Below, piece by piece: positions 40,915 through 54,624 of a stretch of 64,000 bases of DNA. A program made the translations under genes and the position numbers. The number at the start of each line of letters is the position of its first letter. The stretch's first letter is position 1. Origin of the DNA: Octopus vulgaris (lineage: Eukaryota); contig OX597818.1 of the NCBI GenBank assembly GCA_951406725.2, positions 146,444,001 to 146,508,000 of the forward strand, read 5' to 3'. Below the pieces are notes generated by a model. That model was not told where the DNA came from and ran no database searches. It saw only the letters and a list, made by a program, of their open reading frames with translations.

Positions 40915-41322
40915 ATAGAAATACAATAAGAGGCTTCCGAATAGGAAAGCCTTGTGCTAGAAAGAGCAGTAGAAAACTCAAAACCACCAAATAAGGATAA
41001 ATTTTCGAAAGGAATGAACATTAAAAACGTTTACCATCTCAATTATTTCCCAGACCATGATTTCTAACTATTTCCAGCAAAACAATATTTGCTGAAGGCC
41101 AGTTTCATCAGTGGGACAGCCTTTCGATGTCAAATACACAACACAGCCAGATCCACATGTAAAACTAACTGCTTGTATATTCTAACTTTTCAGACTAATG
41201 CGCAGACGCAGATTAATTTTCATTCCTTTCGAAAATTTATCCTTATTTGGTGGTTTTGAGTTTTCTACTGCTCTTTCTAGCACAAGGCTTTCCTATTTGG
41301 AAGCCTCTTATTGTATTTCTAT
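40915..41322. mobile_element. Fold-back element: 110 bp inverted arms enclosing a hammerhead ribozyme
   Basis: 40915-41024 is the near-perfect reverse complement of 41213-41322; abuts (TA)n/(GATA)n on the left. Confidence 0.85.
41048..41116 (-). ncRNA. Type-I hammerhead ribozyme with extended stem II
   Basis: Minus strand TCCCA-CTGATGA-AACTG..TTCAGCAAA-loop-TTTGCTGGA..TAGTT-A-GAAA-TCATG-GTC-TGGGA: 5 bp stem I, intact core, quasi-palindromic stem III and a GUC site. Confidence 0.78.
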
Positions 41323-41636
41323 GTGAATAATATATAGTCTAATGACTAATTCGTTTTTGTGCTAGGCCACTGGTAATAATAATTTATTATTACCCGATTA
41401 TTATTTATTATATATATATATATGTACATATATGTATATGTATGTATATATGTGTGTGTGTATGTGTATTTATAATGTGTAAAAATGTCTATGTATATAT
41501 ACATATATACACACACATATGTGTATATGAATTTATATTATATGTACTATGAGATAGATAGATAGATAGACAAATAGATAATGCAACGTTCCGTCAATTT
41601 CGACGTAAGCGTGTTCAGTTGTTCAATATATACATA

Positions 41637-41650
41637 TAGAAGCCCGTCGT

Positions 41651-41684
<34 letters not shown>

Positions 41685-41909
41685 ATATGTGTGTATATGT
41701 TTGTGTGTCTGTGTTTGATACCCTAACATCGCTTGACAACAGATACTGGTGTGTTTACGTCCCCGTAACTTAGCGGTTCGGTAAAATAGACCGATAGAAT
41801 AAGTACTAGGCTTACAAAGAATAAGTCTTGGGGTCGATTTGCTCGACTAAAGGCGGTGCTCCAGCATGGCCGCAGTCATATGACTAAAAACAAGTAGAAG
41901 AAGAGAGAG

Positions 41910-41912
<3 letters not shown>
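41637..41912 (+). mobile_element. SINE family A, 3' half
   Basis: gaagcccgtcg(TA)n...gtttacgtccccgtaacttagcggttcgg...ccagcatggccgcagtc. Confidence 0.88.
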
Positions 41913-41960
<48 letters not shown>

Positions 41961-41969
<9 letters not shown>

Positions 41970-42705
41970 AAAAAATGAAGTTCGAAAATGCTGCTGTATT
42001 ATACAATTTTTAATTTTTATATATATACATTATAACATGTTTCAGTTCCTGAAATGAACTTTATCAAAAAAAGTTATATATAAAAAAAGACAGCTCATGC
42101 CGTCAAACACAAGAAATTCATTTATAATACACAACGGAGTCAGACATCTTAGAGTTCATGTATAGTTGATATATAGTTCATGTATAGTTGATATATAGTT
42201 TGAAGTATATGTTCAAAGTGTTCGATGCAGTGGCCCACGGTGGCGATACGTATTCAATACAAAAAACAGATCAAAGTGGTGGAACGCGGTCAATACAGAA
42301 GATTGATGTTTCCGAAAGAGCGAGGAATTCATTTTTACCTTAAGCAAATGTGATGACCCATGGTGGATGTTCGCTGGGTGGTTCTAGTGGGTCTTGTGAA
42401 GTGCTCGGTTTTATAATGCCTGTTAGGTGGTCAATTCAGCGTAGCGTGACGTCATCAACGTTTTGACCAATCGTTTCGTTAGGTGGCTTTAGTCAAGTAG
42501 AACGGGACGTCATCATTATTTTGACCAATCGCTGCATTATAACTGCCTCTTGTTTGTTTTCCTGTTTTGACCAGTCGCTTCGTTAGTCAAGTAGAACGGG
42601 ACGTCATCATTTGTTTGACCAATCGATGCATTATAACTGCCTCTTGTTTGTTTCCTGTCCTGACCAGTCGCTTAGCATTTTCGAACTTCATTTTTTACAA
42701 ATATA
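41961..42705 (-). mobile_element. Small element with 32 bp terminal inverted repeats in (TA)n; probable Penelope derivative
   Basis: tatatttgtaaaaaatgaagttcgaaaatgct / agcattttcgaacttcattttttacaaatata; degenerate hammerhead on minus 42030-42070; internal ~85 bp tandem duplication. Confidence 0.65.
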
Positions 42706-42733
42706 TACCTACTCGTATACGAGCTAATCCTAT

Positions 42734-42774
<41 letters not shown>

Positions 42775-44139
42775 TATGATTGGAGTTTATATCCGATATT
42801 GCTGAGCGCTTTTAGCACAGAAAGTTTCTATTCCAAAGAAAGTTGCTGGAAACCAACGTCGTAAGGAATTTCTTTACTTAAGCTGTTCAGCCACAACTGA
42901 ATATAAATGAATCTATTCTCTGTATGGAGATTCCTGTCAATGACCTGTAGAATCGCGTGTTGTTCTTCATACGTCTATTTCAAAGAAACTTGACTATGCT
43001 CAACATATTTGCTTGTTATCTTTCTAGTTCATGCCGTTCACATGTTTCATAAATATATGATTTTATGCTTGCTTGCATAGGTACACTGTCTCATAGATCC
43101 TTCTGTCGCGAGGCCTGAAGTGTTAGCATCCAAGAAAAGAATAAAAGGCAATCATTTATTTACTACTTCTTCTTGTTTTGCTTAAATATTTAGTATCCAA
43201 TATAACTACACATGCTCATGCACGCGCATATGCAGAAAACACAAGCACACACACACACAAACATACATACATACATATAGGAAATAATGAATTTGTTAGA
43301 AAAGACATGGCTAATTAATAGAGAATTAATTATACAATTCATTATAACATTATAAATTAATTAATAGAAAATTCTCGTATGTAGGAGGCTAAAATTATGA
43401 AATATTGTTTACATGTTGAACACATTCTCACCATCGCTTACTTGAATTTTGATCATTATTTATAACATTTTATCATAATGAAAACTATTTAACTATGTTT
43501 ACTCCAATAACATTCCTATGGCATTGTCAATATATATCAAATTACACCTAGATAAATACTAGTTACCGTCTTATACAAACACTAGCAGCAACCTACACCC
43601 TCCCCCCACACATATGTATATATATTATCTACTTTCGCGTCCATAATATATTTCACTGATGTTATCCATTCGTCACATAGACAGGAATTCTTCAATATGA
43701 TATATTGCACTGTGCGAAACGAGGTGAATTTCCGTCGTCAACCAATCCCATCTGAAGAATTTCCGATGTTAAGGACAAAAGAAATAATGCCTAATGTTCT
43801 ACTATAAGCAGGAAATATAGTTCCAAATAGCAAATATTTACTCCAGTAAGTTCTTAAGTTATTATTTTTTTTGAATTCTCGTAGAATAGCCATGTATGTT
43901 AAACCACTTACAAATACACTTCTAAGCTATTTTTTAGGTGACCAATCGCAGTGTTGTCAGAACATCGCATAAGATCCCACGCAGTATTTGATCCGGCCTT
44001 TTGTAGTTTTTCTTTGACTGGTAACAAAAGTACCAGTCAAATATTGAGTATGAGCCCTCTCTCTCTCCATCCCTTTTTCTCTTTCCCAGTTCGCTTGTCT
44101 CTCTCCATCAGTTTCTCTCTCTCTCTCTTTGTGCCTCCT

Positions 44140-44171
<32 letters not shown>

Positions 44172-44384
44172 TTTCTTGTTTCTCCCTTTCCCTCTCACAC
44201 ATACAAACACACACACACATACACAGAATCGGTTTCGATGCGGTACAAGATAGGTTTGACGAACCTCATTCACAACGTTCTTTTCTCAACGAAATACTGA
44301 AATGCTACTAAAATCAGGTCCGTCACGGTCTGCAGAAAGAATTGTACTATAAAGGAAATAAATAGTAAATACGTATATATGTGC

Positions 44385-44822
44385 ATGCGTGGCTGCGTGG
44401 TAAGACGTTTGCTTCCCAACCTCATAGTTCCGGTTTCAGTCTCACTGCGTGGCACCTTGGGCAAGTATCGTCTACTTGCCACGGACCAACCAAAATCTTG
44501 AGTGGATTTGGCAGATGGAAACTGAAAAAGTCCATCGTGTTTGTGCATGTGTGCGTGTTGTGTGTGTGTGTGTCTGTCTGTCTGTCTGTCTGTGTCTGTG
44601 TGTTTGTGGCTGTCTTTCTATCCTCTACCACCGCCTGACAACCGGTGTTGACGTGATTACGTCCTCGTAAACTAGCGGTTCGGTAAAGGAGGCTAATACA
44701 ATAAATACCAGGCTTAAAAACTGATAAATACTGGAGTATTTCGTTCGACTAAAATTCTTGAAGGTGGTGCTCCAGAATGGCCACAGCTCAGTGAGTGAAA
44801 CAAGTAAAAGATTAAAGATAAA

Positions 44823-44825
<3 letters not shown>
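44385..44825 (+). mobile_element. SINE family A
   Basis: gcgtggctgcgtggtaag...gcaccttgggcaagt...gaaacaagtaaaag. Confidence 0.88.
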
Positions 44826-44880
<55 letters not shown>

Positions 44881-45539
44881 CACAAGCCCTCGCGTATTTG
44901 TTCCGTGCCATCGTCGATTAATATTTACTGATTTACGATAAAGGGACCGAAGCTGTATAGACATCTTTGAGTTGCCTCTCTGTGATTCGAAAGAGTACTA
45001 AGGAGTTCGAAATGCACTCATCATTCAAATGAAGGCCTCTCTGAGCTTCCGATGGCGTTTTAAACACTTTTAGTCTTGAGAGGCTGTTTTTTTTCTTGTG
45101 AAATGTCTTCGCAAGTTCCAATAGATCTCAAACATGTTTAAACTGGTCTTATGTTACTCTGTATGTGTGTGTCTGTATAGATGTGTGAGTATGTATATGT
45201 ATGTTTATATTTAGACACACACACATGTATGCATGTATGTATGTATGTATGTATTAGTTAATAACAATCATAGCTGAATACTAAGTGGTTAATTGCAAAA
45301 TTCATAACATTAAAGCAACCGAGCGTAAACTCAGACAGCTACCGTTGAAAGCTACCGCTGTCAAATGTGAAGAACTGTCACATAAATATTCACCGATAAA
45401 CATCTATTAAAAACTTAGCATTCAATATATTACCAGGTCTCTCCATATTTTACTATTTTTGAAAATCATGAGATGTGTGAAAACGGTAAAGTGATTGCAA
45501 TTAAGTTTCCTTCAAATGCATTTTCATCTTTTCTTTGGT

Positions 45540-45736
45540 TTACACATACACACATATACGTACGTACATACATACATAAATACTTAAGTGAATATACATT
45601 TATATTTAGATTCATGCACACATACTCTCGCATACATACATACATATATACATACATACATATATACATACATATATACATACATACATACATACAAATA
45701 TACATACATACAAATATACATACATACATTCATACA

Positions 45737-45770
<34 letters not shown>

Positions 45771-46122
45771 CATACATACATACCTACATATATACATACA
45801 TACATATATACATACATACATGTACACATACATACACACGTATACACATACATACATGCATACATACATACAGACAGACAGACAGACATGCATACATACA
45901 TACAGACAGACATACATGTATACATACATGTATACATACATTTATACATTTATACATACATTTATACATTTATACATACATACATACGTGAGTACATACA
46001 TGCATGCATGCATACATACATGCATACATACATACATACATGCATACATACATAGATACATACATACATACATACATACATACATACATACATACATACA
46101 TACATACATACTTACATACATA
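45540..46122. repeat. Long degenerate (TACA)n microsatellite
   Basis: Directly visible. Confidence 0.95.
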
Positions 46123-47112
46123 AGCTCACACACGTCTGTAACCTTGCTTTCATCTTGCCTACATAATATACTTTACATATGCAAGAATCGTTCATCAAAT
46201 CTAACGTTTGTTTAATCCAATATCTAGAATGAATACCGTTTGCGTTTCCTTGGCGAGAAACTAAATGTAATTTCTTTGAAGTATCAACCTACGCAGAAAT
46301 GTCTGAACACAAAAACATCAGTAAATAGCGAATGCACTCAAAACCTGTGAGGATTTATTTGAATTAATTCACTCGACATTTCAATCCATTATAACGATTA
46401 GTGTGGTGTATAAATTGTGTAGGAAAATCTTCTAATTTTACACTGCCTTCATGATAACAGATACACACACAGGATAAGATGGACTTGGAGATAAAGTACC
46501 CGAAAGAAGAAAAAAAAACATTCATGGAGTGAAAGTCGGTCTAACGATATACGTTCAACACACAGAAACGCTCGGCCAGACTGAAGCGTGTTATATGTAT
46601 AGAGAAACACGGCAGCAACGAAAATATTGGAATGGACAATAGATCTAATGTTACTAGAAAGCAATATAGAGGAATTTATCAAGAAGCTATTATGGACTTC
46701 ATATTAAATATTCTGGCAGACTATTGGGAAGTAATTATTGAGGCTGAATGCTTCAGTTATTGTTAAGTATGAGAAATTTAATGGCGGTTGACACCCAATT
46801 AACTTATTCCCTTATAAAATATATACTTGTTACACAACGGCATTGAAATGGCGCATCTCTACCAAATGAGAATATTGATGGCTAATAGGATAGTATACGA
46901 AACCACAGTTTCTCAATTGGATTTGTGAAACCCTAGGACCCCTAAAAACAGTAAGTTCTGCAGGATAACGTTTCTTTTAATAAAACTTAATAAACAATTA
47001 TCATATAAAGCAAATTCTATTAATCCTTTTCAAAGCAAATATTGTTTCATTTTATTTTCATATGAATAAATTCTCTCTCTCTCTTTCTATTTCTCTCTCT
47101 CCTACTCCCTCT

Positions 47113-47172
<60 letters not shown>

Positions 47173-47449
47173 CCCCTCTCTCTACTACAGTTTTTGTTTC
47201 ATTTAGTATCTCGTTACAGTTAGGGAGGTGGAGATAAAATACAGGAATTGGTCGCGTAAAATTCGACTTCAGAAATAAAACAGGTTCAGGAACCGCTTGA
47301 CTAAATATTCAACCGAGATTTTCGGGTTGCTTATCGTATTGCTTGTACACGTAACCAGAATACGTGACCGAAATATCCAATTAATTAAAAACTAAGGCAG
47401 TAGACTGGAAATAACTGACATTACTAAACACTAAAAGCGATCTTATATT

Positions 47450-47660
47450 GGTTTCAAATTTTAGCACGAGCCAGCAATTTCGGGAGAGAAGAAAAGTCGA
47501 TTACATCGATCTCAATGATCCCCTGGTACTTTTTTTATCGACCCCAAAATGATGAAAGAATGAAAGTCAAAGTCAAACTCAGCGGAACTTGAGGTCAGAA
47601 CATAAAAGCATACGAAATGCCCCAAAGCATTTTGCCTGGCTTGTTACCTTATTGCAATCT
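47450..47660 (-). mobile_element. SINE family B, diverged
   Basis: agtcgattacatcga...ttttatcgacccc...aaagtcaaactcagcggaa. Confidence 0.75.
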
Positions 47661-49439
47661 GGTATTAACAATAGAATCGTTAACTTGTAGTGCAGAGTTC
47701 AATACTTCTCCATGATGATGACTTGAGAAAAAGTTGTTGTCCCGAAACACTCTGTTGTAGACAGCGTCTTCAATGGCAGATGTCCGACACACAGAGTTAA
47801 GGAAGTAACCACACACACACTCACTCTCACACAATAGTATTTTTCATTGATAGGGTTAATACGTCACTAATGTATGCGTTATAGCATGCAGAGAGACAAG
47901 AAGAGCATACTCTTTCACCTGGGATATATATCATTTTGGTAGCTTCTTCCCTGGATATCAAAGAAATAGTCAACTTACATTCGAATCTGCTAGAACATAT
48001 TAAGAATGAGGAGATACGTTTTGCTTTTTATTTGTTTTTTTTTTTTCTTTTTACAGTTTTTGTTGTTGAGGTGTGTCGCTACACAGTTGATATTCTATTA
48101 TAGATCAACGATTTTTCTTTTCCAGATCCATGAGGGCACATATTTTTATTTTGCCATTGTTAACTGCTATGGTATATTCAATATACAGTTTAACAGCTGT
48201 GGAAAGGGAATACAAAGGGTTTATTTGTCAAACAGAAGAGGCAATATTATCTTGTAAATATTCGCCTACAATACGATTGTTGGCTGTCAGCGTTAACTCA
48301 GAGGTTCCTTATCAATGATAATCAATTAAAGCATGTATTGTAAAGAGAGTTTTGAAAGCAAACTCTTCTTGAAATAATACACTTGGAATACATTTTTAGT
48401 ACTTAATCTCTTTGCTATTCCAGCTCATATTACACTTATTAGCAAGTCTTTCTCGTAAGACACATTAATGACGCCAGTGACATTTGTCTAGGAAGGTCTG
48501 CGAAGACCAGAGCAGTACTCCTTCCTTCAGGCCCAACAAGTAAAAAAAGAATTATTGATTTCATGTTCGATACCACTAAGTAGTGTCTTTAGAAGTATCT
48601 CGGGTCCACCATATCTGAAATCGGGCCAACAGAAATTGTATGGAAGTCTATTGAAGAAACTATTTCTTTCCTTTGGTAATAGACTTAATCTGTCTCGTTG
48701 CTAAACATTACCACCTGATTCTTGGATGCCTTTATCGCAGGCAGGCATTTGGGGCCAGGCTTCTGTTATAAGGATGACTTTCCATTCTTCTGTCAATTTT
48801 TGTAGTGCAACTATTCCTCGTCACTCAAACAAAAGTTATAAAGATTAACAATTAAAATATTACATGGCAACCACGCCAAGATCGATTCGATATAAACGAA
48901 TGACTTTAAAATAGTTGCTGTTATTTTCATTGGTCGTTAATCTTGAGAAGATTAATGCCTTTGAAGTGAATTCTAATTGATAGCTAAGAAGAGAAAATAA
49001 TGTTTGTTTTCATTTTACTGTGACATGACATGTGCTAAATGCATACATAATATGATTGCATAAAAACTGAAGTTGCGAAACGTGATCAGGAGACATAGCT
49101 CTGTCACTTTGTTGTTATGTGTAGTCTCGAAAATCGTTTCCGATTAAATGTTCTTGAATATTGAGCTCGAAATGATAACACGAAAACTTTCTTCCTGAAA
49201 TATCTTATACTACATAAACAACACATATACAAATATAAATATACAATATAAATAAGTGTTACAACAATAGGACTTTCCCTGAACATCCGACTCATGCTTT
49301 CCCGGAGGACACGTCAAGTCAAAAGCGATGAAATGGATAACAACAAACAATTCTAAAAAGTAATAAATAACTAAATAATGAACATTAGTATTGCTGTCAT
49401 TAGTATTGCTGTCATTATTATTGTTGTCGTTGTCGCTCC

Positions 49440-49656
<217 letters not shown>

Positions 49657-51711
49657 ATCCGCAGAGTACCTCAGACGTGTTTTCGAACGATCTAAGTAAG
49701 TCCTCATTATATTTATTGTTTATACCCGTTTTGTGCTATTTTTTGGTGGGGGGGAGGTTGTGGAGTTTTCTTTCCAATTTGCTACTGCAAGCACCAGGAA
49801 CCCTGTTATTTGTTTTTCTGTGGTTGTTTGGCCCTGCAAGGGGCAATAGTCGGCTCTCCAGAAAATGCCTCGAGATGCCTTTAAAAACAACAAAATCAAC
49901 AAGATGGCGGTGTCCAACTTAAAACAATTAAAAGGAAATAACACCCCCCCCCCCAGTTTTTTTACAGCTGAAGACTTCTCTCCACTTCCTTCTCTTATCA
50001 AAACTAATGCAGTAAAAGGGGAGGAGACAAGAGATGGAAACAGACCAAAGTGTATCCCGTCAAGTGAATATAGGGTGTGACAGTAGAAAGAGTGATTGCG
50101 ACAACAATAGCGGCAGTAGCAGCAGTAGCAGCCCCGATAGCAGCGGTGATGGTAGAAGTGGAAGCAACAGCAGCAGTGGTGGCAGTGGCAATGGCAGCAG
50201 CATGAACAGTGAAAGCGAGAAGAATAGCAGCAGTAACAATGACAGTGGTAGCAGTAACTGCAGCATTGACAGCAACTCAAGTGGTGGCGGCAAGAGCAAC
50301 GATAGTAGTTAAAGCGGAGTGATTGGAGGCAGCAGTAGTAGCAGTGATAGTAGCAACAGCGGAAGTGGATACACCTCTACCACCAACAACAATAATAAAA
50401 CCTCTTTAGTAGTCGCTGCCGCCTCAAAATGATTCTTTGCCCTCTGCCTATGGGACAAAGCCTCTAAATTGGCGAATGCAGTTAGATTTTTAAAAATTGT
50501 TACAAGGTGGACAGAATTTTCTCCACCACGAAACAGCAATGAACGCCAAATTAGAAAGGGCCCAACACGATATATGACAGGACATCGGTCATATATCGAG
50601 GGCAAAGCAGTTCGGCAGGGTGGGAATTTTATTCAAAACTGAGACACTGGCAATTCAACACTCGGTGGCTGCCGGCTGCAGTGAGGAAGATATGGGGAAA
50701 AGGTAATAAAGAGTATCATACAAGGGATACCAACAGAAGTAGATTTGTAGTGGGTACTCGCTTGTGTGGTAATAAATAAGACTGACTCTCTCCTGAAGGT
50801 CAAGAGATCAAACAGAGAGAACTGGGCACGGATCACGTTCACAGCTTTCTGTCAGTCGGCAACGTGGTCGGTGGAACTTCAACTATGGATTTCTATAGGG
50901 GATTAGAGGCGGGATTTGTGGCGAGCAAGAGCAACGACGTCTTTGGGGAAATTCGGGTGTCGGGAGGGATCAGTTAACTGATCTTTTTCAGAGGACTTTT
51001 GGGCCGAGGCTTATGGATAACTTCCAGAAATCGCTGGCCGAGTGGTGCTACCAGAGAGCTCTTCCGGTTCGGGACAAGCTCTACAGACACGGAAGTGCTG
51101 TTAGATGGTACTGCTCGAGGTGCGCACATGGCGTTGAAACCGTCCTACATGCACTGGTCCAGTGTTCGCGTATTACTGACCTGTGGGGCTTTGTTGAGCA
51201 GCTGATAACGCGTGTAGGACGGATCCTGTTATTTGCCGAGTCCATCGTGAAGGTTGATCCGCCACTTTGTTTTTGGCCGAGAAGGAAAGGCAGCTTTCTT
51301 CTGTCTGGTGGCCATGGCGAAAGAGGTAATGTGGTGGATGAGATTGAAAGGAGTAAAGATAAATACCTTCCTCTTCAGTCAAGCCCACATCGACTTTTCA
51401 AAGGTGGGTGAATGTGGCAAGTATGGCCCGTATGAATGGACCTACTCTGAACATTCACTTGTAAAAAGGTGAAGTTTAGGATAGAGGCGCCTATTAAGGT
51501 GCACCTGGCGGTGGGGGTTAAGCAGGATGTGTGAAGTTCTTCGGCTCTCCCTCTGAGGAACTCCCGGCTTCTGGGGAATCTTTATTGTTTAATTGTGTTG
51601 TTAATTGTCGTTGTTAATTATTGTTAATTATTGTTCCAGTCCTACTTGTCCCTTGTGTTGTATTATCCCTATTCGTTTTGTATTCGGCGTTTGTGGCCAA
51701 TAAAGAAAGCA
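49657..51711 (+). mobile_element. Internally deleted L1/Tx1-like LINE (ORF1 remnant plus ORF2 C-terminal zf-RVT)
   Basis: ORF 51013-51411 has ALPVRDKL..CSRC...ETVLHALVQC...LW, the zinc-binding domain of L1-clade ORF2. Upstream is a decayed ORF1-like region with a Ser/Asn-rich segment. AATAAA is followed by an (ATT)n tail. Confidence 0.78.
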
Positions 51712-51774
51712 TTATTATTATTATTATTATTATTATCATTATTATTATTATTATTATTTATTATTATTATTATT

Positions 51775-52207
51775 TAGGCGACGAGCTGACAGTATCGTTA
51801 GCACGCTGGTGAATCGCCTAGCAGCATTTCGCCCGTCACTACGTTCTGAGTTTAATCTCCGCTGAGGTTGACTTTGCCTCTCATTCTTTTAGGGTCCATA
51901 AAATAGGTACTTTGGTCAATATAATCGGCATATTCCCTCCCCTGAAGCAAATAGTAGTAGTAATAATAGTGCCGGCAATAACAGTACTGAGAATCCTTTC
52001 AATTATAGGCACAAGGCCTGAAAGATGGGAGAGGAGGATAGTCGATTACATCGACCGTACAGTTTCATTGGTACTTAATTTAACGATCCTGAAAAAATAA
52101 AAGGTAAAGTCAACTTCGGCGGAATTTGAGCTCAGAACGCCGCGGCAGACGAAATACTGTAAAGCATTTCGCCCGGCTTGCTACCGATTCTACCAGCCCG
52201 CCGCTTT
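51775..52207. mobile_element. Inverted (tail-to-tail) pair of SINE family B copies
   Basis: Plus copy 51775-51950 and minus copy 51995-52207. Confidence 0.8.
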
Positions 52208-52319
52208 AATAACAGTAATGATAATAACAGTTAAAAGTGATAGTATCGATAGTAGAGGAAGTATTGATAATATTAATTGAAAAGCAATAATTAACATGTG
52301 ACGCAGTGCAACTATCACT

Positions 52320-54460
52320 TGGTCGGGCCGCCGGCGACGAAACTGGCAACCCCACTAAGCTTGTTTCGCGAGGAGGGTGAAATATATTCTTTTGGACACC
52401 CTTCGGGATGAAAAATTAAACCCACCCAGAAAGGACAAAGGAACTCAGAAGACTCAATAGTCATCCAAAACTCGTTAGCCTTGGACGGCAATCTGTCTAG
52501 GAAAAGGGACACTCTGATTTAAAAACTGGTTAGACAAGATTTCTTAACCAGCCTGGTGATAACCTATCAGTGACTAATGGCTTCATCCATAGGATGATAC
52601 CAAATGAACCACGAATCGGGAGCTAACTCCCGAGTAATGGTCAGATGAAGACACGGAACCAACCGACTACATCTGTTTCCCAGTAAGAATCATGAACATC
52701 ATATGAATAGCAAGGGCCCATGGCCCCCAGCAGTCAGATACGATAATTGGAATAGTCCCGACGTATGGGTAGTAATTGCTATTTAGTCTTAGTTGACAAT
52801 CTTACTAGAGATTGTGCCGATAAAAATACTGGTTGCTGGATAACCTTACAACACAAACCTCAATATTGAGTGAAAAATCTGAAACAAGTGCATCGAATAA
52901 TGGTATGAATGAGACAGGAACCAATGGCGAAGGTCTTTCGCCTGGCAAATGCCATGTGGTTGAGCAGCATAGGCTCGGTTGTCATTCAGACAGAGTCTAC
53001 ACCCAAAGTTTGAGACAGAAAATATTGGAACAAGGAGGCAGACTGAACTGTAATTGAAGTGAACGCACAAGTAGGGAATTGCGAAAACGCATGAAGTCAA
53101 AATGGGATGGAATAGGCCACCTTGAGATAAGTGAGCAACGGTTAACCGATTATGCATCAGCAATAAAAACAAATGGGTGGTTAACAAACATGGAAATTGA
53201 AGAAATAAAAAGGAAAATAGAAAACAATGATAAAACTGCACCAGCAGATAGGAATGAATGGAGGCATTGAATTTCTAAGGTAGGGGTGTAAATGCAGAGG
53301 TAAATGGAAGAGTTATATGACAAGGATACAATGATGACATAGTGAGGATGATGTACCGACATGATAGAGAAGATCAACATCAAACCCCGCCAGTCTGAGT
53401 TATGTTGACTGTCACAAGCTGGAAGTGGAAAGGGAAAAGACAGATTCTGTTCCTGGACTCCATCAGACAGGAAATATGACTGAAACCAACATGATTATCA
53501 GCGTTGCAGCTAAGGCTTCCGGGGAAAGAGTTGGATACAAAAGACGAGACCAAACAGTGCGTAACGAACGTGACGGAGATGGATTTGTGAGAGACAAGGT
53601 TAGAAAGACATTTGGGAGAAGATAATAGATTGGAAAGAGAGTAATTGCAAAACGAAAGCCTAAGAACAAGACTGGAAGGAACATATAGAATAAGAGATAA
53701 CGAGTATGACGTAATACTTTGGAAGACCAGAAACAAAAAGCAGTAGAAATCCAAGCAAAACTGGAAAGATATGATATAAAAGAAAACAACTGAAGCAGAA
53801 CAGATTGATCGAAGCCAATCAGACAAAAAAAAAACTGTTTGAGAAACAAACACTGTTAATATTCCGGAGTGTGGCTGCATGAAATCCAACATGAGGTGAG
53901 AAATATACATAGTCAGCACAACATAAAAATAAATACAGAAAATATAAAAAGACAGATAAGGAAAATTCCGAATTGGAAGAGCCGCGGGCTGGATGACGTC
54001 CAAGGTTATTGGATGAAGCTGAGAGAGCTCTATAAAAAGATAGCAGACCAACTGGATAAGTGCTTGTAGGAAGGCTTAATACCCAGCTAGAAGACAAAAG
54101 GAAAGGCAGAATCTTGAAAAGGGTAACATTGTATCCAAATTTCGATCCATAACTTGCCTTCCACTAACGTGAAAACTATTGTCAGATGTTTTGGCCAGTG
54201 AACTGAAAAAAATGAAGATTGTACTAATTACTGTTGTTTTTTGGGGGACAATATCAGAAAGCATCACGAGGAATAGAAATCAAATCGGAATATAATTACC
54301 AGTCGGAAGGACGCGCAAAAGCTTTGCGTCCTTGGCGCGGTCAGAATCATCAAGCAAGTATTAGATAGTAGAAAATAACAAATAGCATCGTACCCTAAGC
54401 TGCAGGTATTAAGCCCGCTACACATGAAAGACTCTGGGAGTTACATCAAAACCTGAGTTA
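52320..54460 (+). mobile_element. Degraded, internally deleted R4/Dong-like LINE
   Basis: SEQRLTD....IKTNGWLTNMEIEEIK; NWKSRGLDDVQGYWMK; KGNIVSKFRSITCLPLT*KLLS; C-terminal QKLCVLGAVRIIKQVLD; followed directly by (AAT)n, the known Dong target. Confidence 0.8.
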
Positions 54461-54461
54461 A

Positions 54462-54514
<53 letters not shown>

Positions 54515-54528
54515 TGATGATGATGATG

Positions 54529-54604
<76 letters not shown>

Positions 54605-54624
54605 TGATGATGATGATGATGATG

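Noticed and set aside
43712-43765. Possible type-II hammerhead (GAAACGA...TCGTC...CTGAAGA)
   Set aside because: Stem I and stem II cannot pair; likely chance.
46903-47300. Second hAT-like MITE
   Set aside because: TIR-like ends are too degenerate and no TSD is identifiable.
50034-50400. Ser/Gly/Asn-rich ORF resembling a structural protein
   Set aside because: It is low-complexity (AGC/AGT)n-like sequence inside the decayed Tx1-like LINE.
52320-52440. HDV-like ribozyme at the 5' end of the R4-like LINE
   Set aside because: Plausible from family knowledge, but I could not build the P1/P2/P3 nested pseudoknot by eye; a descriptor search is needed.
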